Positions 9,040 to 18,634 of a DNA stretch of 64,000 bases are shown piece after piece; position 1 is the first letter of the stretch; each line of letters starts with the position of its first letter. Below the pieces are notes generated by a model, which made no database searches, was not told where the DNA came from, and saw only the letters and a program-made list of their open reading frames with translations. Source of the DNA: Mycoplasma sp. CAG:877 (GTDB taxonomy: Bacteria; Bacillota_I; Bacilli_A; RF39; UBA660); the NCBI GenBank assembly GCA_000433455.1, contig HF992497.1, positions 5,809 to 69,808 of the forward strand, read 5' to 3'. Both the position numbers and the translations under genes were made by a program.

Positions 9040-10038
9040 TTATTTCATAGTAGGTAAATAACTAATAGATTGAGCAACCTCTACTAATTCATTCTGATTT
9101 AAAACATCACTAACTATATAATACTCTATTCCATTACTAGTCCAAGTTAGAGAATTGTTAGTCATAACACCTAAAGTATCCATTAATTGGAATGGCTCAC
9201 CATATGTCGGTATAACAGTAAATTCATCTTCCACAACAGCAGTCTCTTCTACTAACAAGAATGGCTTATCACCATCAAATGTCATAATAATTCTATCTCC
9301 TACATCTTTTTTTATCTTCTCTTCACTAACCAATTTAGTACCATTAGGTATAACAAGCGGATAAATCGTATCATCTATCATCGTTGTTTCCTTAACTTCT
9401 TCCTCACTAATTGAATAAGTACTCATAACACTATCTAAATTAAAATAGTCTTTCTTAAATGTTGGAGAATAATCAATACTATCAAAAGTCATAGTCATAC
9501 AAATAATATTATTAGAATCATATACACTAACTTTCTTAAGATCTCCATTCTTATCAAGTTCAATAGTCTGTTTAACAAGTTTACTATTATTAGGATAATT
9601 AACCTTAGTACTCAATGAATAACCACTTTTAACATCTTTAAAACCTCTATCCTTAGTATCTTTAATATCATTAATCAAAGATTTAAGTAAATAAACCTGT
9701 GAATTACTATATGGCCAATCACTTTGAAACTTAAAACTCTTATTAAGTGCTGGAGTAAGTACATATACCCCATCAGAATTCTTTAAAATAACTTGTGTAT
9801 GATTATTAGCTTGATTAGTTAAAGAAACCTTATAATTATTATCCTTCTTATAACTAACCTCAACGTCATAAGTATACACCTCATCATTATTAACAATTTC
9901 TAACACACCTGTAACTTTATAAGCACTAGCTTTGTTGATTTTCTTTTCTAAATCATTAATAACACTAGTCTCAGAATTTTTTCCACAACCAGAAACTAAT
10001 AATAATACCATCATTATACTAAATAGAATTTTTTTCAT
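9040..10038 (-). CDS. Lipoprotein, possibly LolA-like/YdcC-like fold
   Basis: Lipobox 'LLVSGC'. Predicted beta-rich extracytoplasmic protein. The fold assignment is a guess. Confidence 0.45.
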   Translation of the reverse strand: MKKILFSIMMVLLLVSGCGKNSETSVINDLEKKINKASAYKVTGVLEIVNNDEVYTYDVEVSYKKDNNYKVSLTNQANNHTQVILKNSDGVYVLTPALNKSFKFQSDWPYSNSQVYLLKSLINDIKDTKDRGFKDVKSGYSLSTKVNYPNNSKLVKQTIELDKNGDLKKVSVYDSNNIICMTMTFDSIDYSPTFKKDYFNLDSVMSTYSISEEEVKETTMIDDTIYPLVIPNGTKLVSEEKIKKDVGDRIIMTFDGDKPFLLVEETAVVEDEFTVIPTYGEPFQLMDTLGVMTNNSLTWTSNGIEYYIVSDVLNQNELVEVAQSISYLPTMK

Positions 10039-10136
10039 AGTTCACCTCATCATCAAATTCTAATAAATTATATGGCATCCAAAAACTATTATTACAAGAA
10101 AAAAGAACATTATCTAAAATGTTCAAATTCAAAATA

Positions 10137-10787
10137 TTACTTTTTCTTATAATTATTAACACTACCATTATCAACAAAATATATAGTATCAGCATCAGCT
10201 AACTCTTCAATATCTTCTTTTATATGTGAAGCAATTAAAATTATTTTTCCTTCTTTCTTCTCTTCCAATAAAATTTTCTTAATAACTTCAACAGTCTTTT
10301 CTTCAATTCCATTAAATGGTTCATCAAAAATCATCATCTTGGGATTCTCCATCAAAACCTGAGCAACCGCCAGTTTCTGTTTCATTCCTAACGAATATTT
10401 ATGGTATAACTTATTCATATCTTTTTTTAAATTAAGTTTATCTAAAATCAAAATAATATCTTCTTCAGTAATCCTATTTTGAATAGATGCCAGTAACTTC
10501 AAATTATCTAAACCAGTTAAATTGGGTAAAAAGTTAGGCTTTTCTATTAAAACCCGCATATCGTTAGGAAAAATATCATTCTTATGAATATCTATTCCAT
10601 CAACAATAACACTACCAATAGTTGGATAATACAATCCACAAATTATTTTAAACAAAACACTTTTTCCACTGCCATTTCTTCCTATAAAACCATATATATG
10701 TCCCTCTTCTAAATCAAGATTAACATCATGCAAAACTTCTACGCCATCAAAACTCTTACTTACATTTTTTATAACTATATTACTCAT
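10137..10787 (-). CDS. ABC transporter ATP-binding protein
   Basis: Walker A 'GRNGSGKS', ABC signature 'LSLGMKQKLAVAQ', Walker B 'MIFDEP'. Start overlaps the upstream permease stop (ATGA). Confidence 0.85.
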   Translation of the reverse strand: MSNIVIKNVSKSFDGVEVLHDVNLDLEEGHIYGFIGRNGSGKSVLFKIICGLYYPTIGSVIVDGIDIHKNDIFPNDMRVLIEKPNFLPNLTGLDNLKLLASIQNRITEEDIILILDKLNLKKDMNKLYHKYSLGMKQKLAVAQVLMENPKMMIFDEPFNGIEEKTVEVIKKILLEEKKEGKIILIASHIKEDIEELADADTIYFVDNGSVNNYKKK

Positions 10788-11455
10788 ACTAAACTCCTTT
10801 CTACAATAAAATTAATATTTTTATTAAAAATCACAAAATAAGCACCAACCATCAAAATGTTCAAACTAACTAAAACCAAAATATTATAAAAATCAGACAT
10901 TAATAATTGTGGTAAAAACGAAAATACTAATATCAAAAGTAAACCAACAGAAATTATCAAAAACCTTGCCTTACTAGATTTAAAATATATAATATAACAA
11001 ATAAGAAATATTAGTTGCCAAAAGAAAGTAAATAACAAGTTCAAAATATATGAGTACAATCCACAGTTGATTCCAAAAATAATAAGTGTCAACAAATAGG
11101 TAATAAATTTAACCACACAAGTAATTAAACAAATACTAATAAATTTACCTATCACCCAATCTTTTTTACTTAATCTACTAAAAATGCTACCATAAGAAAA
11201 CTTTAAATCCTTTAAAAATAAATCATAACCTAAATATACATATACAAAAAAGCTATATACTAAAAATATTCTCGTAATAACATTACTATCTTTTTCTAAC
11301 CAAATACCAAGTATAGCTCTAGCAAAAGAACCATCATCAACCTGACTCCTCAAAAATAAACTAACTAACAATAAACAACTTAAATAAACAAAAAGAAATA
11401 TCTTCTTTTTCGCAATAATATAATATGCATCATTTTTAATTACAAACTTCATCAA
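10784..11455 (-). CDS. Polytopic membrane protein, putative ABC-2-type permease component
   Basis: About 6 predicted TM helices. Translationally coupled (4-nt overlaps) to the neighbouring genes of the operon. Confidence 0.45.
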   Translation of the reverse strand: MMKFVIKNDAYYIIAKKKIFLFVYLSCLLLVSLFLRSQVDDGSFARAILGIWLEKDSNVITRIFLVYSFFVYVYLGYDLFLKDLKFSYGSIFSRLSKKDWVIGKFISICLITCVVKFITYLLTLIIFGINCGLYSYILNLLFTFFWQLIFLICYIIYFKSSKARFLIISVGLLLILVFSFLPQLLMSDFYNILVLVSLNILMVGAYFVIFNKNINFIVERSLV

Positions 11456-12201
11456 TCTATATCCCTTTTCCTTTTCTTAATATAACGAAATAATATGAAA
11501 CAAACTAACAATAATATAAAAATCATCATACCATTAGCAAACACTTCATTAAGAAATGTTTCAAAAAATGTTCCACTAATCAAATAATTACCAATAAATA
11601 TAGGAATTCCATTAATAGTTCCAACTAACGAAGTAAAACTTCCAACATAAAATACAAAGGCATAAAGAATAAAATTCAAAACTATAATTATTTTACTATT
11701 AAAAGACTTAATTAATAATGTATTAATAACAGAAATAAGTACTGAAAATAAATAAAATTTCACTATTACAAAAATCATATAAACATAATTGTAACAATGT
11801 ACAATATCATCATAAAAAACATGATATCCATAATCATTTATAATATTTTCTACTATAATAACCATCATCAAAGTAACCAAAAATATAACAGATGTAAAGA
11901 ATATAACATTCTTTATTAATTCCATATAGTATTTTTCTTTCGTCTCAAACCTAACAATACTATAAATATTTTTATCAAATATTGTACAAACATAATTTGT
12001 AATAAACAAAAACATTGGCAATATACACAAAGCAATAAATATATGATTACCAAAAACAAGTGAAAGAGAACTAAAAATATCTGTACCTTTACAATTAGAA
12101 ACTACTAAATAAGACATAATAATAAGTAAAAATAATATACACTTAAACATCAAAGAATTCAAAAAACTAATAAAACTATTCTTTAAAAAACTATTTTTCA
12201 T
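11452..12201 (-). CDS. Polytopic membrane protein, putative ABC-2-type permease component
   Basis: About 6 predicted TM helices and overlapping start/stop with its neighbours. Confidence 0.45.
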   Translation of the reverse strand: MKNSFLKNSFISFLNSLMFKCILFLLIIMSYLVVSNCKGTDIFSSLSLVFGNHIFIALCILPMFLFITNYVCTIFDKNIYSIVRFETKEKYYMELIKNVIFFTSVIFLVTLMMVIIVENIINDYGYHVFYDDIVHCYNYVYMIFVIVKFYLFSVLISVINTLLIKSFNSKIIIVLNFILYAFVFYVGSFTSLVGTINGIPIFIGNYLISGTFFETFLNEVFANGMMIFILLLVCFILFRYIKKRKRDID

Positions 12202-13060
12202 TAAGTATCACAACCTTTTCTCTATTTCTAAAATTAAAATACACAAGAATTGTTGATACCACTGCTAGTACCAATACATATAACGTTGCAAATAATAAAT
12301 TAGTACCATCATATATCCATAAATTGTATAAAGAAAATAAATTTTTAAAAAGTGTATTACCAGTAATATCATATAGTAAATTACCAACAAAAACTTCAGA
12401 TACTATTTGATAAGCCATAATTGTTAAAAAAGAAAACAAAACTGTTAACAATAAGTTCTTACTCTTATTTATAAATAATAAACTAACATTAATAAAGAAA
12501 AAACCTATAACGCCCAAATTAAAAATAAATAGAAGTATAAATCCTAAAGAAAAATCCTTATATTCCCAAGGAAAATTCATTGACTTTCCTAAAATATCAT
12601 TATAAGTATGTTGAATATCAAAACTACCAGAAAAAAGATAAGAAATAAAAAAAGTAAATATTAAAAAGACAGGAATAATAATACAAGGCAAATAACATTT
12701 AATAATCTCTTTGACCATTACTTTTTTATAACTGCTTCTAATCATTAAATCTTTAAATACACCTGATTTTAATAAATAATGTAAATCAAAAATAGCTGGA
12801 ATAATTAATATGATTGGTAATATCAATTGAATAATATTTAATCTACTATTAATCATTAAATCCATAAATACATTATAAGTATCCAACTTAAAATAAACTA
12901 AATTAAGATTATGTTCTGGATGTAATTTTTGAATTTCTAAAGCATTATTATACATAGTATTCCAATTATTGATATATAGTAATAATTGAATTATACTGAA
13001 TAAACATAGAATCAAAATAATAAAAATAACTAATTTCTTTTGATTTATTTTTTCTAGCAC
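12191..13060 (-). CDS. Polytopic membrane protein, putative ABC-2-type permease component
   Basis: About 6 predicted TM helices. First membrane gene after the secreted-protein gene. Confidence 0.45.
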   Translation of the reverse strand: MLEKINQKKLVIFIILILCLFSIIQLLLYINNWNTMYNNALEIQKLHPEHNLNLVYFKLDTYNVFMDLMINSRLNIIQLILPIILIIPAIFDLHYLLKSGVFKDLMIRSSYKKVMVKEIIKCYLPCIIIPVFLIFTFFISYLFSGSFDIQHTYNDILGKSMNFPWEYKDFSLGFILLFIFNLGVIGFFFINVSLLFINKSKNLLLTVLFSFLTIMAYQIVSEVFVGNLLYDITGNTLFKNLFSLYNLWIYDGTNLLFATLYVLVLAVVSTILVYFNFRNREKVVILNEK

Positions 13061-13139
13061 TTTATAACCCTCCTTAAAACATATAAATTAAATAAATAAT
13101 AGTGAAGTTAAAAGCGGTATTATTACAAAATAAATCCAG

Positions 13140-13637
13140 TTATTTTATTCTTGCGGCATAATCAGAACCACTAATGTTTGTCTTTCCATAAACTTGTTCC
13201 CAATCACTTAAGGAAAGCCACCAAGCACCAGTAAAACTAGTTTCAGAGAGCCAGTTACCAGCAGTTTTTAAATTCAATGTCTTTACACCAGTTTCCATTG
13301 CAGAAATACTCAATGCAGCTGCTGCTGCCGTATTCCTTCCAATTGCATAAGATACCTCACTTGAACCAACAGATAGAGTCTGATAATTAGCAGTTGCTCC
13401 CCTATCCCTGTCATAAATCTGAAATTGAATATCACGATCATAACTTGTTCCAACAATTTGTATAACTTCGGAACCATATTCTCTTTTATTCTTATTAGAA
13501 ATGCTAGTAACACCTTTCCAAGCAGGAATTTTATATCCACTAACATGTGAAATATCAGAAACATATGCAACTACACCTGTTAAATTTAAAACAAAACTTA
13601 CGATTAAAACTACGACAATAAACTTTATACTTTTCAT
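13140..13637 (-). CDS. Secreted 165-aa protein with a SipW-cognate-like (TasA/camelysin-class) signal peptide
   Basis: N-terminus MKSIKFIVVVLIVSFVLNLTGVVAYVSD matches the ...G(G)T(F/Y)A(Y/F)(F/V)SD pattern of SipW-processed proteins. The mature part has no Cys and is Gly/Ser/Thr/Ala-rich ('AAAAALSISA', 'GAWWLSLSDWE'). Confidence 0.4.
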   Translation of the reverse strand: MKSIKFIVVVLIVSFVLNLTGVVAYVSDISHVSGYKIPAWKGVTSISNKNKREYGSEVIQIVGTSYDRDIQFQIYDRDRGATANYQTLSVGSSEVSYAIGRNTAAAAALSISAMETGVKTLNLKTAGNWLSETSFTGAWWLSLSDWEQVYGKTNISGSDYAARIK

Positions 13638-13792
13638 TTAACTCCTCCATTCAAAAAAATATAAAATTAATATTGCTTTTATTCACCAGTCATAAAAACT
13701 ACCTATACTACTCTATGATATGACAATATAATTGTAACATTTTTCGACTTTTATTGCAATTACCATCGCAAAAAAGTAAACTGCAAATAAAC

Positions 13793-13824
13793 AAAAAAAG
13801 ATTAGTCGAAAACTCAACTAATCT
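13793..13824 (-). terminator. Rho-independent terminator after cdaR, overlapping its stop codon
   Basis: Stem AGATTAGT / ACTAATCT with a 10-nt loop, then an A-run on the plus strand (a U-run on the transcript). Confidence 0.6.
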
Positions 13825-15188
13825 TGTGTAATTCTAATTTTTACTTTCTTAGTCTTAGCTTTATAAGTAAGCTTAACATCACTACCAGTAACTAAAACCT
13901 CAATTTCATGTTCACCAACGCCATATTTCTTTAAGTCAACGTAAGCTTTTATTGTACTAGGATCAAGATTATTAATAACATCTTCACTACCCTCAACAAT
14001 AACAGTAATCTTACTATCAGCTTCACTCAATGCCTGAGCCTTAAGACCAGAACCTAAGTTTTCCGCACTAACAGAAATATTATCAAATTCTTTAGTAATA
14101 GAATTATCAACAGAAACATTGATTTTAACAGTCTTAACACTAAGATCCGTAATACCACTAGGTTTCTTTAATGTAACATTGTATTCTTTATCAGCTTTTA
14201 AATCATTAACATCTATTTCCACTTCTAATTGTTCAAGTTTTTCAACTGCATTTTCATCACCATAAACTACAACACTAGAAACTGAAGATTCAATAGATTT
14301 AATAGCCTTACCAAAAGCAAGTTTACCAGTTGGAACTATCTTTATTGGTATTTCCTTAGATGGAGATGTAATTGTAATCTTAGCATCAACAGTCTTAGGA
14401 ACTATCTCAACATCAACAATCTTACCATTAGTATCATAAGCAACTAAAGGAACATCTTTTAAAGTAATATCCCCTGCTTTAGGATTAGGAATATTAGTAG
14501 CATCAACTAAAGCCTTAACAGTAGCAACCTTCTCTAACTTATATTTAGCACCTTTAACAATAACTTCTGATCTATCAAGTTCAATATTACTAATATATAA
14601 TTTACTATCTAAACTATCTTGATGTAATAAATCATAAGTTAAACTACGAGTATCACTCTCTTTATCATAAATAGTAACAGTTACTTGAGAAGGATCTAAT
14701 TTATAATCTAATGATTTTAATCTTTGTGAATACTTCAAAGTAACTTTATGATTTCCTGGTTTTAATCCAGTTAAATCAACAGATACACCTTTAGAAGGAG
14801 ATTGTTTTGCTAAAAAGATATGTCTTTTTTGTCCTACTAAAGTAATATCAACAGTCTTTGGTAAACCTTCAACTACATATAACTCTTCATTATACACAGC
14901 AGTAACTGGTTGATTATATAAAATTTCTGCATATTGATCAATAATTACATTTGATTCTTTATCAATAATAACAAATACTCCAAATGCTAAAAGCAAACTA
15001 ATAACTAACAATGTAGATTTCTTACCCATCCATCTATCAATATTCTTTGAATTATTTTTAAAGAAATTAGTTATCATCAATATAAACTTTGTAATTGGTG
15101 TAATTAAAATTTTATCGAAGAACGTTCCAATATGATGAAAGATTCTTCCTATTTTTCTAAACATCTTCTTCATAAATCTCTTCCTCAT
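13818..15188 (-). CDS. cdaR: CdaR (YbbR-domain) regulator of diadenylate cyclase
   Basis: N-terminal TM segment, then repeated YbbR-like beta domains. Sits immediately downstream of cdaA and overlaps it. Confidence 0.7.
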   Translation of the reverse strand: MRKRFMKKMFRKIGRIFHHIGTFFDKILITPITKFILMITNFFKNNSKNIDRWMGKKSTLLVISLLLAFGVFVIIDKESNVIIDQYAEILYNQPVTAVYNEELYVVEGLPKTVDITLVGQKRHIFLAKQSPSKGVSVDLTGLKPGNHKVTLKYSQRLKSLDYKLDPSQVTVTIYDKESDTRSLTYDLLHQDSLDSKLYISNIELDRSEVIVKGAKYKLEKVATVKALVDATNIPNPKAGDITLKDVPLVAYDTNGKIVDVEIVPKTVDAKITITSPSKEIPIKIVPTGKLAFGKAIKSIESSVSSVVVYGDENAVEKLEQLEVEIDVNDLKADKEYNVTLKKPSGITDLSVKTVKINVSVDNSITKEFDNISVSAENLGSGLKAQALSEADSKITVIVEGSEDVINNLDPSTIKAYVDLKKYGVGEHEIEVLVTGSDVKLTYKAKTKKVKIRITQD

Positions 15189-15996
15189 CTATCTCTTCAT
15201 CATCATCTGAAAATTCTATATCTTGTTTAGGTCTTAACTCATCTATTAATAACATTCTTGTATCATCAATAGTTAAGTTATATAAAAGCTCACCCTTAAG
15301 TGCTACAGAAACTCTACCAGTTTCCTCAGAAACTACGATACATATAGCATCAGTTTCTTCAGCTAAACCTAAAGCAGCTCTATGTCTAGTACCTAATCTC
15401 TTATTAATCTTTTGACTACTACTAGTTGGGAAAACTGCTCCCGCACAAGTAATTCTATCTCCCTGAATAATAACACCACCATCATGTAATGGATTACCTT
15501 CATAGAATATAGCAATCAATAAGTCACTAGTTAAATCAGCATACAACTTCTTTGCCTTATCAATATAATTACCTAAACTTATATCTCTCTCAATTACTAT
15601 TAATGCTCCTATCTTTTCTTTTCTCATATAGTCAACCGCATTAATAACTTCATATACCATTCTCTCACGCTCATCAACAGTTAGAACCTTATGTCTACCT
15701 AACAATTGATTTCTACCAAGCTGTTCCAAAATAGTTCTAATTTCTGGCTGAAAGATAACTATTAAAGCAATAGGTCCCCACTGAATAATATATTCAAGTA
15801 ATACCCCAATAGTTGTAAATCCTAACCAATCACTTACAAACTTTAAAATTATTACAAAAGCTACTCCTTTAAAAAGTAGAGATAACTTAACGTTATTCTT
15901 AAGATTTTTTAAAATTAAATAAAAAACTAACCATACTAAGGAAATATCTCCAACCTTCCTCAATATAGAGATAATATCTGTTATAGTTATTGTCAT
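15157..15996 (-). CDS. cdaA: Diadenylate cyclase CdaA (c-di-AMP synthase)
   Basis: Three N-terminal TM helices. DAC-domain motifs 'HDGGVIIQGDRI' and 'GTRHRAALGLAEETDAICIVVSEETGRVS'. Confidence 0.85.
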   Translation of the reverse strand: MTITITDIISILRKVGDISLVWLVFYLILKNLKNNVKLSLLFKGVAFVIILKFVSDWLGFTTIGVLLEYIIQWGPIALIVIFQPEIRTILEQLGRNQLLGRHKVLTVDERERMVYEVINAVDYMRKEKIGALIVIERDISLGNYIDKAKKLYADLTSDLLIAIFYEGNPLHDGGVIIQGDRITCAGAVFPTSSSQKINKRLGTRHRAALGLAEETDAICIVVSEETGRVSVALKGELLYNLTIDDTRMLLIDELRPKQDIEFSDDDEEIDEEEIYEEDV

Positions 15997-16058
15997 TTCA
16001 TCGTCTCCTTTAAAACACTACTCTAGTATACAAAATTTTTTTAAAATAGTAAAGTTCA

Positions 16059-16658
16059 TTATTGTTGTTCAGTAATAGTTCCACTATTATTATCATTAGA
16101 AATATTATTAACATTTTCTGTATTAACACTTGAAACAACATTCAAAGTAGCACTATTACTACCATTAATTGTAGCAATCTTCTCACTACTACCAATAAGA
16201 TTCATATCAGAAGAAACTAAAGCAACCTCATCAGGATTAATCATAATAGGAGCTTTCTTTTCTGATAGTTCTTCTTTTTTTTCTTCCACAGTACTCTCAG
16301 AAATAGTACTTAAAGTATCAGTAGTAACATTATCAGAATAAATATCTTGATTTGCTAAAACACTGGTAACATTAGTAACAGCTTGTGTACCAGTATCACC
16401 CACATCAACATTAGCAAAGGAAACCTCTATTTTTCCCTTACTACCAGAAGAATCAACAAGTACAACCTTTGACTCCATCTCCTTTTTTAATAATTTCTTC
16501 TCACTTAAACTTATTCTCTTTAAAATATAGATGCAGAAACAAATTAAAATTAAGCACACAAAAGCTACAACAAAATATGTAGTGCCATTTAAAGTATCTC
16601 TGAAAAAAGCCAATACGTATCTCAATTTGCCACCCCACCTTATAATATATAATAACAT
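16059..16658 (-). CDS. Hypothetical membrane-anchored Ser/Thr/Asn-rich protein
   Basis: One TM helix and a low-complexity extracytoplasmic tail. The true start is uncertain. Confidence 0.3.
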   Translation of the reverse strand: MLLYIIRWGGKLRYVLAFFRDTLNGTTYFVVAFVCLILICFCIYILKRISLSEKKLLKKEMESKVVLVDSSGSKGKIEVSFANVDVGDTGTQAVTNVTSVLANQDIYSDNVTTDTLSTISESTVEEKKEELSEKKAPIMINPDEVALVSSDMNLIGSSEKIATINGSNSATLNVVSSVNTENVNNISNDNNSGTITEQQ

Positions 16659-16744
16659 TTTAACAAATAATTATCAACCAAAGACCAATAAAAAAATCAA
16701 TTTAAACCAAAAGAAAACAGACACATCATTTTATGTCTGTTTTC

Positions 16745-16948
16745 TTATTTAACCATTTCTATATGACTAAATAATATCCATATATTAAATAAACCAGCTA
16801 CACCTACTAAGGCATAAATAATATTAGTTAATAAACTACCATTTCCAAAAATTGTAGTAACTAAATTAAAATTCAAAACTCCAACTAGTCCCCAATTTAT
16901 TGCTCCAATAATAGTAAGAACTAATAAAGTCTTTTGTACAGTTTCCAT
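16745..16948 (-). CDS. DUF378 small membrane protein
   Basis: 67 aa with two TM segments. 'GAINWGLVGV' is the hallmark of DUF378. Confidence 0.6.
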   Translation of the reverse strand: METVQKTLLVLTIIGAINWGLVGVLNFNLVTTIFGNGSLLTNIIYALVGVAGLFNIWILFSHIEMVK

Positions 16949-17004
16949 ATTTTCCCTCCTACTTATAGCATTTCCAAAAAAGGAAAAATATATACAAACT
17001 TTTT

Positions 17005-17973
17005 TTAATTTATTCTTCTAACACCAATAATTTGTGTACCAGAAGCACTTAACCAGTATCCAACATCACTGACTATAACACCCATAGACGGATTAGCAGC
17101 ATGTATCATTTTACCATTACCAACATAAAGTGCAGAATGCGTAGAAACACCATTACTATATCCCCAATTTATAATATCACCTGGTAATATATCACTATAA
17201 CTAACAGCAACACCATCATAAAGTTGTGTACTACTACTTCTACTAATATAAATACCAAGTCTACTATAAACATATTGTACAAATCCACTACAATCAAATC
17301 CATAAGGACCATTAGCACCCATAATATAAGGACTACCAACTAAAGAATAAGCAATACTAGAAACAGTTTCACCAACACTTCTCTTATTAACAACAATTTT
17401 AAAAGACTTAGACGTACTATTAAGATTCTTATCAACAGCATTAATATTAACTACATATTCACCAGGAACATTATAATTAAAATCACTATAATATGTATAA
17501 TAGTTACAACTATCATCACTAACACTATTAGAATCAATATAACTTATATCACCATCAATATTATCGTAAACATTAGTAATATTACTTAAAATATCATAAT
17601 TAGTACCTTGCTCTATCTCAATAATATCATTTTCTATAACTATCTCTGGTCCAATACTATCTTTAACCTCAATACTAACAGGTATTTCCTTAGAAATATT
17701 TCCTTTAGAAACAACTAATATTAATTCTTGTACTCCAACTGAATCTGTTACAATATCTTGTTTTACAGAAACAATTGTACCATCAACATTCTTAATAAGT
17801 TTATCAATATCATAATTAGCACTACCATATTCAACAATAGGTGTTTTTACAGTACTAATACTGATACTATCATATATCTCCCTATAACAAATTGTATATA
17901 TAGAAAGAGATAACAGAATTAAAGCCACAATAACAGTGGCAAAATACTTCCACGACTCTCCACTATTTTTCAT
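17005..17973 (-). CDS. NlpC/P60 (C40) cell-wall peptidase with N-terminal Ig-like domains
   Basis: C-terminal 'GFDCSGFVQYVYSRLGI' (catalytic Cys) and 'HSALYVGNGKMIHAAN' (His). N-terminal TM segment plus Ig-like repeats. Confidence 0.75.
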   Translation of the reverse strand: MKNSGESWKYFATVIVALILLSLSIYTICYREIYDSISISTVKTPIVEYGSANYDIDKLIKNVDGTIVSVKQDIVTDSVGVQELILVVSKGNISKEIPVSIEVKDSIGPEIVIENDIIEIEQGTNYDILSNITNVYDNIDGDISYIDSNSVSDDSCNYYTYYSDFNYNVPGEYVVNINAVDKNLNSTSKSFKIVVNKRSVGETVSSIAYSLVGSPYIMGANGPYGFDCSGFVQYVYSRLGIYISRSSSTQLYDGVAVSYSDILPGDIINWGYSNGVSTHSALYVGNGKMIHAANPSMGVIVSDVGYWLSASGTQIIGVRRIN

Positions 17974-18027
17974 AATACTCCCCCTGAGTACTGCATATTA
18001 TACCATTTTCTTAATGAAAAGTCAAAA

Positions 18028-18351
18028 TTAACTAATCATGTCACTATACTCAGTATCAAGCATTTGCTGTTTCTCACTAATTTTATTCTCATCAACAGCC
18101 TCTAAACAATACCAACCTTTTCTAAACATTAATTGATATACTTCCCTTTGTAAAGCTACAATATTAAGAAAAACCCTCTTATGAATAGAAAACAATTTCT
18201 CATTACTAGCCTCACTCATCGCAATAACATAATTCTTCTCCATCTCTTTCAAAGTAGATAATAAAGAATTAATATAATCCTTATCATTTAAACCCATACC
18301 TTTAGGAACTTCAACTTTCATATTACAAATCTTATTATTCATACGAAACAC
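18028..18351 (-). CDS. Coat F domain (spore coat protein F-like) protein
   Basis: 'NEKLFSIHKRVFLNIVALQREVYQLMFRKGWY' matches the Coat_F consensus ending in GWY. Confidence 0.5.
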   Translation of the reverse strand: MFRMNNKICNMKVEVPKGMGLNDKDYINSLLSTLKEMEKNYVIAMSEASNEKLFSIHKRVFLNIVALQREVYQLMFRKGWYCLEAVDENKISEKQQMLDTEYSDMIS

Positions 18352-18562
18352 CCCCTAAAATATCTAATACTACATTCAAATTATCATCAAATAATTCTCC
18401 TGCTCTTTGCATAATATCAATAATCTCCTTATCATTAATACTACTAACAGAATCATTACTACTTTTTAAAGCTCCATAATTCCATTGAAACATATCACAT
18501 AAATAATCTAAATCTTTCCCTGTTAAAATATCATTAGGAACTTCCATATATTTATCATTCAT
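18335..18562 (-). CDS. Hypothetical small protein, possible partner of the Coat F protein
   Basis: Start corrected to MNDKYMEV. Overlaps the downstream Coat F gene. Confidence 0.3.
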   Translation of the reverse strand: MNDKYMEVPNDILTGKDLDYLCDMFQWNYGALKSSNDSVSSINDKEIIDIMQRAGELFDDNLNVVLDILGGVSYE

Positions 18563-18634
18563 AATAAATCTCCTTTCCCTAATATTTTGAACAAAAAAAC
18601 ATATTTTAAACATAAAAAAAGAACCAACAGGTTC

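Noticed and set aside
13140-13637. Considered calling the 165-aa secreted protein a lactococcin-972-type bacteriocin, because an ABC ATPase and membrane genes follow it.
   Set aside because: The mature part (~140 aa) is much larger than Lcn972 (~66 aa). The membrane partners are three small 6-TM proteins rather than the single large Lcn972-associated membrane protein. The signal peptide looks SipW/TasA-like.
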